A DNA stretch of 39,145 nt from contig NC_068986.1 of the NCBI RefSeq assembly GCF_001194135.2, positions 77,352,729 through 77,391,873 on the forward strand, in the 5' to 3' direction. Below, in pieces: positions 34,005-39,145 of the stretch. Under the pieces are notes generated by a model. It was given only the letters and a program-made list of their open reading frames with translations, did no database searches and was not told the origin of the DNA. The stretch's first letter is position 1. Every line of letters begins with the position of its first letter. Position numbers and translations under genes: made by a program. The DNA comes from Octopus bimaculoides (lineage: Eukaryota).

Positions 34005-34289
34005 GAACTGGCCAGTGCCGCCTGACTGACTCCTGTACCAGTGGCACGTAAAAAACATCATTCAAGCCTGGTTGATGCCAGTACCGCCTGACTAGCCCTT
34101 GTGCTGGTGGCACATAAAAAGCACCCACTACACTCTCAGAGTGGTTGGCATTAGGAAGGGCATCCAGCTGTAGAAACCTTGCCAGATCAGATTGGAACCT
34201 GGTACAGCTTTCTGGCTTGCCAGTCCTCAGTCAAACCATCCAACCCATGCCAGCATGGAAAATGGATGTTAAACGATGATGATGATAAT
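34005..34289 (+). mobile_element. RTE 3' tail copy
   Basis: Tail family match, (GAT)n end. Confidence 0.88.
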
Positions 34290-35315
34290 GAAGAATAGTT
34301 CTTTGCCATGAAAAATTTTTTATGCACTGAAGAGAATTTTAACCTTCTTTAATAGCCTCTGCAATGAGGAACAGAGACCATTACAGTAGTGGAAGAGAAG
34401 ACANNNNNNNNNNNNNNNNNNNNNNNNNNNNNNNNNNNNNNNNNNNNNNNNNNNNNNNNNNNNNNNNNNNNNNNNNNNNNNNNNNNNNNNNNNNNNNNNN
34501 NNNNNNNNNNNNNNNNNNNNNNNNNNNNNNNNNNNNNNNNNNNNNNNNNNNNNNNNNNNNNNNNNNNNNNNNNNNNNNNNNNNNNNNNNNNNNNNGAGAG
34601 AGAGAGAGAGAGAGATAGAGAGAGCAATATTCCATAGTGGGCTAATCTGAAGTTTGTAGACTGTCAGTAATCATCTGAAGCTGAAATATTTCCTGGCCCC
34701 AAAGAAAAGCGGTTGGGATGTAGCCCATGTTAAATGCTAGGTTTCACTATCACTTGGGAGAGATCGTTAATTAATCTGAAACTCAACATATGGAACAATT
34801 CTAAAGGTTCTAGCTCTGTTTTGCTTATGATCAAGAGGTACAAGTATGTCAAGTGACTATATTTTTTCAATACATGTAGCATCTGTATTTTCTGGTCATG
34901 GAAAAAGACAAGATTAACACATCTTTATAATAGATGTCTTTCCATGCACTTAAGGTGCAAGTGGATTGATACATGATTGGGGAAGACTAGAGAAAAAGAA
35001 AGGAAGGGATGTATCACCTGTATAAGAGTGGATGCTGCTGAATATGACAGCAAGTAGGCCATTGATGTCTAGAAGGAAGAGAGTAGGAAACAAAACCAAA
35101 CTCTAGATAGAATGAAGAATAGAAAGAACTTATGATTTTTTGTTTATGATTCTAAATCTCATTTAGTGTTTATAAAGATGCAAAAACATATAAAAATATG
35201 TGTGAGTGTGTGTATGCTTCTCTCTCCTTGTCTTGACTGTTTGGTGGTTGTAAAGGAATGTCACTATTATACAAGTAGTGTCTTCTATAAAGATGCAAAA
35301 ATAGTGATAACTTAC

Positions 35316-35450
35316 TCCAATGACTGACTTCACATGTGATATGATCATCAGAGAGTGTCCAATTAACAGTAGCAACCAGAATGCAACAAGAATGCCAGAT
35401 GATGTGATGCCACCTTTTCTTTCAATGTGAAGAAATATCAGAACCAATAA
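35316..35450 (-). CDS. ABCC1: ABCC exon A (135 nt, phase 0-0), TMD0: LLVLIFLHIERKGGITSSGILVAFWLLLLIGHSLMIISHVKSVIG
   Basis: Acceptor ttttattccag, donor gtaagt; MRP1 TMD0-like peptide. Confidence 0.9.
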
Positions 35451-35671
35451 CTGGAATAAAAAAACAAAACAAATAGCAAACAATTTACTTATGATATAAA
35501 TAGAAATAACGATAGTTTACTAGAAGTAATTTTATGAATATTTAAATTAACAAAATTCAACATTTTTTTGAAGAAGTTAGCCTCCCAACATCATAGTTTT
35601 GCGTTCAGTCCCAGCATGTGGCACCTTGGGCAAGCATCTTCTGCTATAGACCTGGATCAACAAAACATTTG

Positions 35672-35896
35672 TGAGAAAACGGCCACGCTCGAAATGGTGT
35701 CTTTTATGTGCCACCCGCACAAGCCAGTCCAGGGGCACTGGCAACGATCTCACTCGAAAATCCTACGGGAGCCAGTCAGGCGGTACTGGCAACGGCCACG
35801 CTCAAAATGGTGCATCTCATGTGCCACCCGCACAAGAGCCAGTCCAGGGGCACTGGCAACAATCTTACTTGGCTTGCCGGGTCTTCTCACGCACAG
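35672..35896 (-). mobile_element. RTE ORF-end and 3' UTR fragment abutting a SINE head (35570-35660, +)
   Basis: Reverse complement of 21680-21800, with two UTR subrepeats. Confidence 0.85.
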
Positions 35897-36830
35897 CACA
35901 TTTCCAAAGGTCTCGGGTGTATAACAATGCATAACTTTTGTCAGTGATGCAGCTTTTCTGTCTTTACTGACAGACTTATCCCCTAAACCTTTCTTGAAGA
36001 CTTTCCTTCTCATCAACAAATCACAAAACATGTGATAGTTAAAATTTGAAGGTCTGTAATTTCACCAAACATAACAGCAACAAATGCTGTTTTTTTCAAT
36101 CATTGTAAAACTATACAATTTACATGTAAAAACGAAAGATTTAAATGATTTTGTTTTGAATATCACTTGAAAGTGATATTCGTTTTCAATATCACTTCAA
36201 AGCTGAGAAAACATATTCTTATATTGACAAACTAACAGACATGGGAAACAGAAAAACTTGTTCAGAATGTACCATCTCGTCATTCACTCAGACTATCATA
36301 ATACTTTCAATCAAAATAACGACGACATTCCTTGCTGCCCACTTCAGTTTTGATTTTCAGTTTAAACTTTGGTTTCTCTTTTCCGAGAATGATAATATTC
36401 TTCTTATCTGTTTCAAAGTTGGGGAAAGTAGAGAGAAAACTGAACTAACTGACTATTTTGCCATCCTGGGAGTGACTGAAGGCATGAAAAACTCTACTGG
36501 GTTATAATCTTTTTAAATGAATCGAAGCTTTATGCTAATAGATAATTTAGGGGCTACTTTACATTTTTATGTAACCTTTCTTAAATAAATATTCAAAACT
36601 AAATTTTAAAGCATTAGCATGAAAACTTTACTTCTTAATTACACACACAAATTGCCGGTTTCTTCTTTTCACTCTGTGTGAAATAGTCAGGAAAGGTGCA
36701 GTGCATGTGTTGCATACATAGACCCTTCGCCCCTTATATATATGCATGTGTGTGTGAGTGTGTGTGTATGTTTCTCCTTCCTGGTCTTGACTGTTTAGTG
36801 GTTGTAAAGGAGTATCATATAAGCAGTGTC

Positions 36831-36937
36831 ATTCATCATCATCATCATTTAACATCCATTGTCCATGCTGGCATGGGTTGAACAGTTCGACCAGGGCTGG
36901 TAAGCTGAGGGGCTGCACCAGACTCCAGTCTGATTTG
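36831..36937 (-). mobile_element. RTE 3' tail inserted in another repeat
   Basis: (CAT)n tttaacatccattgtccatgctggcatgggtt. Confidence 0.82.
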
Positions 36938-36974
36938 AATTGTTCTACTTGAACTTATTCTGTCTCACATATAT

Positions 36975-38163
36975 ATCATCATCATCATCATTGTTTAATG
37001 TCCATTTTCCATGCTGGCATGGGTTGGATGGTTTGACTGGGGTCTGGGAAGCCAGGAGGCTGCACCAAGCCCCAATCCGGTTTGGCAGTGTTTCTACAGC
37101 TAGATGCCCTTCCTTACGCCAACCACTCCGAGAGTGTAGTGGGTGCTTTTTACGTGCCAAGGAGCTGGCATCGACCACGATCGGATGGTATTTTTACGTG
37201 CTACTAGCATGGAAGCCAGTCAAGGCAGCATTAGCATTGGCCACGTTCGGATGGTGCTTTTTACATGCTACCGGCACAGGGCTCACAACTACAATTTCCA
37301 TTTGATTTGATTTTGATATTGATGTACTTGACTCAATAGGTCTCCTCAAGCATGGCACGTCACCCTATGATCCAAAGTACTTCTGAGTTGACTGGTTATG
37401 TGACACAGGTGTAGGTTACAGCTGTGGAATCACTTTTTTTGTTAGGTCTTACCTCCAGATGTCTCGGCCTTTTGTCATTACTTCTATGAGGCCCAACATT
37501 TGAAGGTCAAGCTTCACAACCTCGTCCCATGTCTTCCTGGGTCTCCCTCTACCCCGGATTCTTTCCACTGTTTGGAAGTGGCACTTTTTCACACAGCTCT
37601 TCTCGTCCATCTGCAGTACATGACCATATCAACGCAAACATCTCTCTTGCACGCCACATCCAATGCCTTTTACGTCTAACATTTCTCTCAGGGCGCTTAC
37701 ACTGTCGTGTGTGCACACTGACATTACTCATCCAGTGGATCATGCTAGCTTCATTTCTTTCAAGCCTATGCATGTCTTCAGTAGTCATGGCCCATGTTTC
37801 ACTGCTATGAAGCATGGCAGTTCGCACACATGCATCATACAATCTACCTTTCACTCTAAGCGAGAGGCCCTTAGTCACCAGTAGGGGTAGAAGTTTTCTG
37901 AACTTTGCCCAGGCTATTCTTATTTTAGTGGTAACACACTGAGCATCCACCCCCACTACAAACTTGATCACCTAGGTGCCGGAAGCTATCAACTACTTCT
38001 AGTTTCTCCCCCCTGGCATGTGATGGAGTCTATTTTCTGAGTATCCGTGGTGTTTATTGCCCCTGTGCATCAGCTGCACATGAAAGCTATCTTCTCAGTT
38101 AATCTTCCTTTGAGTTGCTGCACCTCTTATGTGTACACACCTTACACTTGGTACAGCTTATGG
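36975..38163 (-). mobile_element. 5'-truncated, more decayed RTE LINE of the same family, with 3' UTR and tail
   Basis: ORF 37549-37971 'RIAWAKFRKLLPLLVTKGLSLRVKGRLYDACVRTAMLH.SETWAMT'; remnant CTKC...HKRC; (CAT)n tail. Confidence 0.9.
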
Positions 38164-38851
38164 TTTTTTTTTTATGGCTGGATTCCTTTCATAACACCAA
38201 GCACCCAGCAGAGTGGGCTGAGTGCTTTTTATGTGGCACCAGCACTGGCAGGGTCACCAAGTAACTTGCAAGACAAAGATCCTTTAAGAGGGAGGGGGCA
38301 CTGGAGGAGGTGATGTTTTGCCAGATGATGAAAGGTTAGAGTGTGACAGAAAGATAGAAGCAGGTCTTGTTATAGAGGAGGTACATAGTTATCTGGTTTG
38401 TGTGTGAGTGAAAGAATGCTAGACAGAATTATTCTGGTTATTAAACAAGTGACCCAACTTCACTTGTAGATTAACACACCTGAAGTGTTGGCTGGCTTCA
38501 AGAATTTGAAGATAAAGCCAAGACTATATTCAGTTACTCCCTTTTCTGTTATCTTGTGCTTTCAACTTTTAAAAATTGATTAAGCTTTATTTCAATTAAA
38601 GTATAATACTATTGCCATCAAAAATAAAAGGATTCTGTCTATTAAATCTAAAAAAATTGTAATAAAACGAAAGGAAAAATTACGAAAAAGAAACAATGTT
38701 GATGGACAGTGAAAGAAGCCACTGTATGTGTGTGTGTCTGTTTGTGTCCCCTTAGGAGAGTTATTGTCATATAAGTAGAGTAGTGTCATTCATTTCCAAT
38801 TATCTGCAGAAACATGTCTTACCAAGGGAAAATATTACCTTGCTTGGAAAC

Positions 38852-39145
38852 TGTGGTATGACGTCAGTGTCTGGGGAGGCTGACCGGAAGGGCGAGTCGA
38901 CCAGAAGGGGAAACAGGGCAGAGGGAGCCTCGATCGGCGTTCGTGCCCTTTTTCAACGGGGCTGCGGTCAGGACAAGACGCATTAAGCGACGGTCTAGGT
39001 TTGGGAGAAGCAGCTGCTATACCTGGTGTACCTTGGGTCGGGGCAAGCTTCAAGGATCGGATACCGCAAGACGGACTCGCAGTCGAGGAAAGGAAAACCG
39101 AGGTAAGGCGATTACATCTACTCGTACGCACACACCACAGAAACT
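38852..39145 (+). mobile_element. CpG-rich insertion starting TG..., possible LTR edge, interrupting a SINE-like repeat (38715-38851)
   Basis: Abrupt rise in GC and CpG after 'cttggaaac'; starts TGT; runs off the window end. Confidence 0.4.

Noticed and set aside
38835-39131. 98-aa minus-strand ORF, or the ABCC promoter/CpG island
   Set aside because: No recognisable domain, GC-rich DNA gives long ORFs by chance, and several 5' exons of the gene are still missing, so this is unlikely to be its main promoter.
35451-39145. Upstream TMD0 exon of the ABCC gene (candidates in ORFs 36241-36507 and 38592-38789)
   Set aside because: No AG/GT-bounded segment with convincing TMD0 similarity was found; the exon probably lies beyond the window, though a divergent one could have been missed.

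Overview
Eukaryotic, AT-rich, repeat-dense genomic DNA with five N gaps. It is most likely from an octopod cephalopod, judged from recognised SINE/RTE repeat families rather than a database search. The window lies inside one minus-strand ABCC/MRP1-like ABC transporter gene. Sixteen exons (35450 down to 919; 2239 nt, 746 codons plus 1 nt) splice in frame and encode late TMD0, the L0 linker, TMD1 and a complete NBD1. Both ends of the gene lie outside the window, and one intron appears to be GC-AG. The introns hold RTE-clade LINE fragments whose RT carries an inserted PHD-type C4HC3 finger, many 5'-truncated RTE 3' tails ending in (GAT)n, two tRNA-headed SINE families, a decayed Penelope element, MITE/foldback elements, a probable LTR edge and microsatellites. 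The main oddities are the PHD-in-RT retrotransposon, head-to-tail SINE stacks, a duplicated acceptor giving a potential in-frame 46-nt alternative exon, and strong intronic inverted repeats. No prokaryotic-type system is supported.
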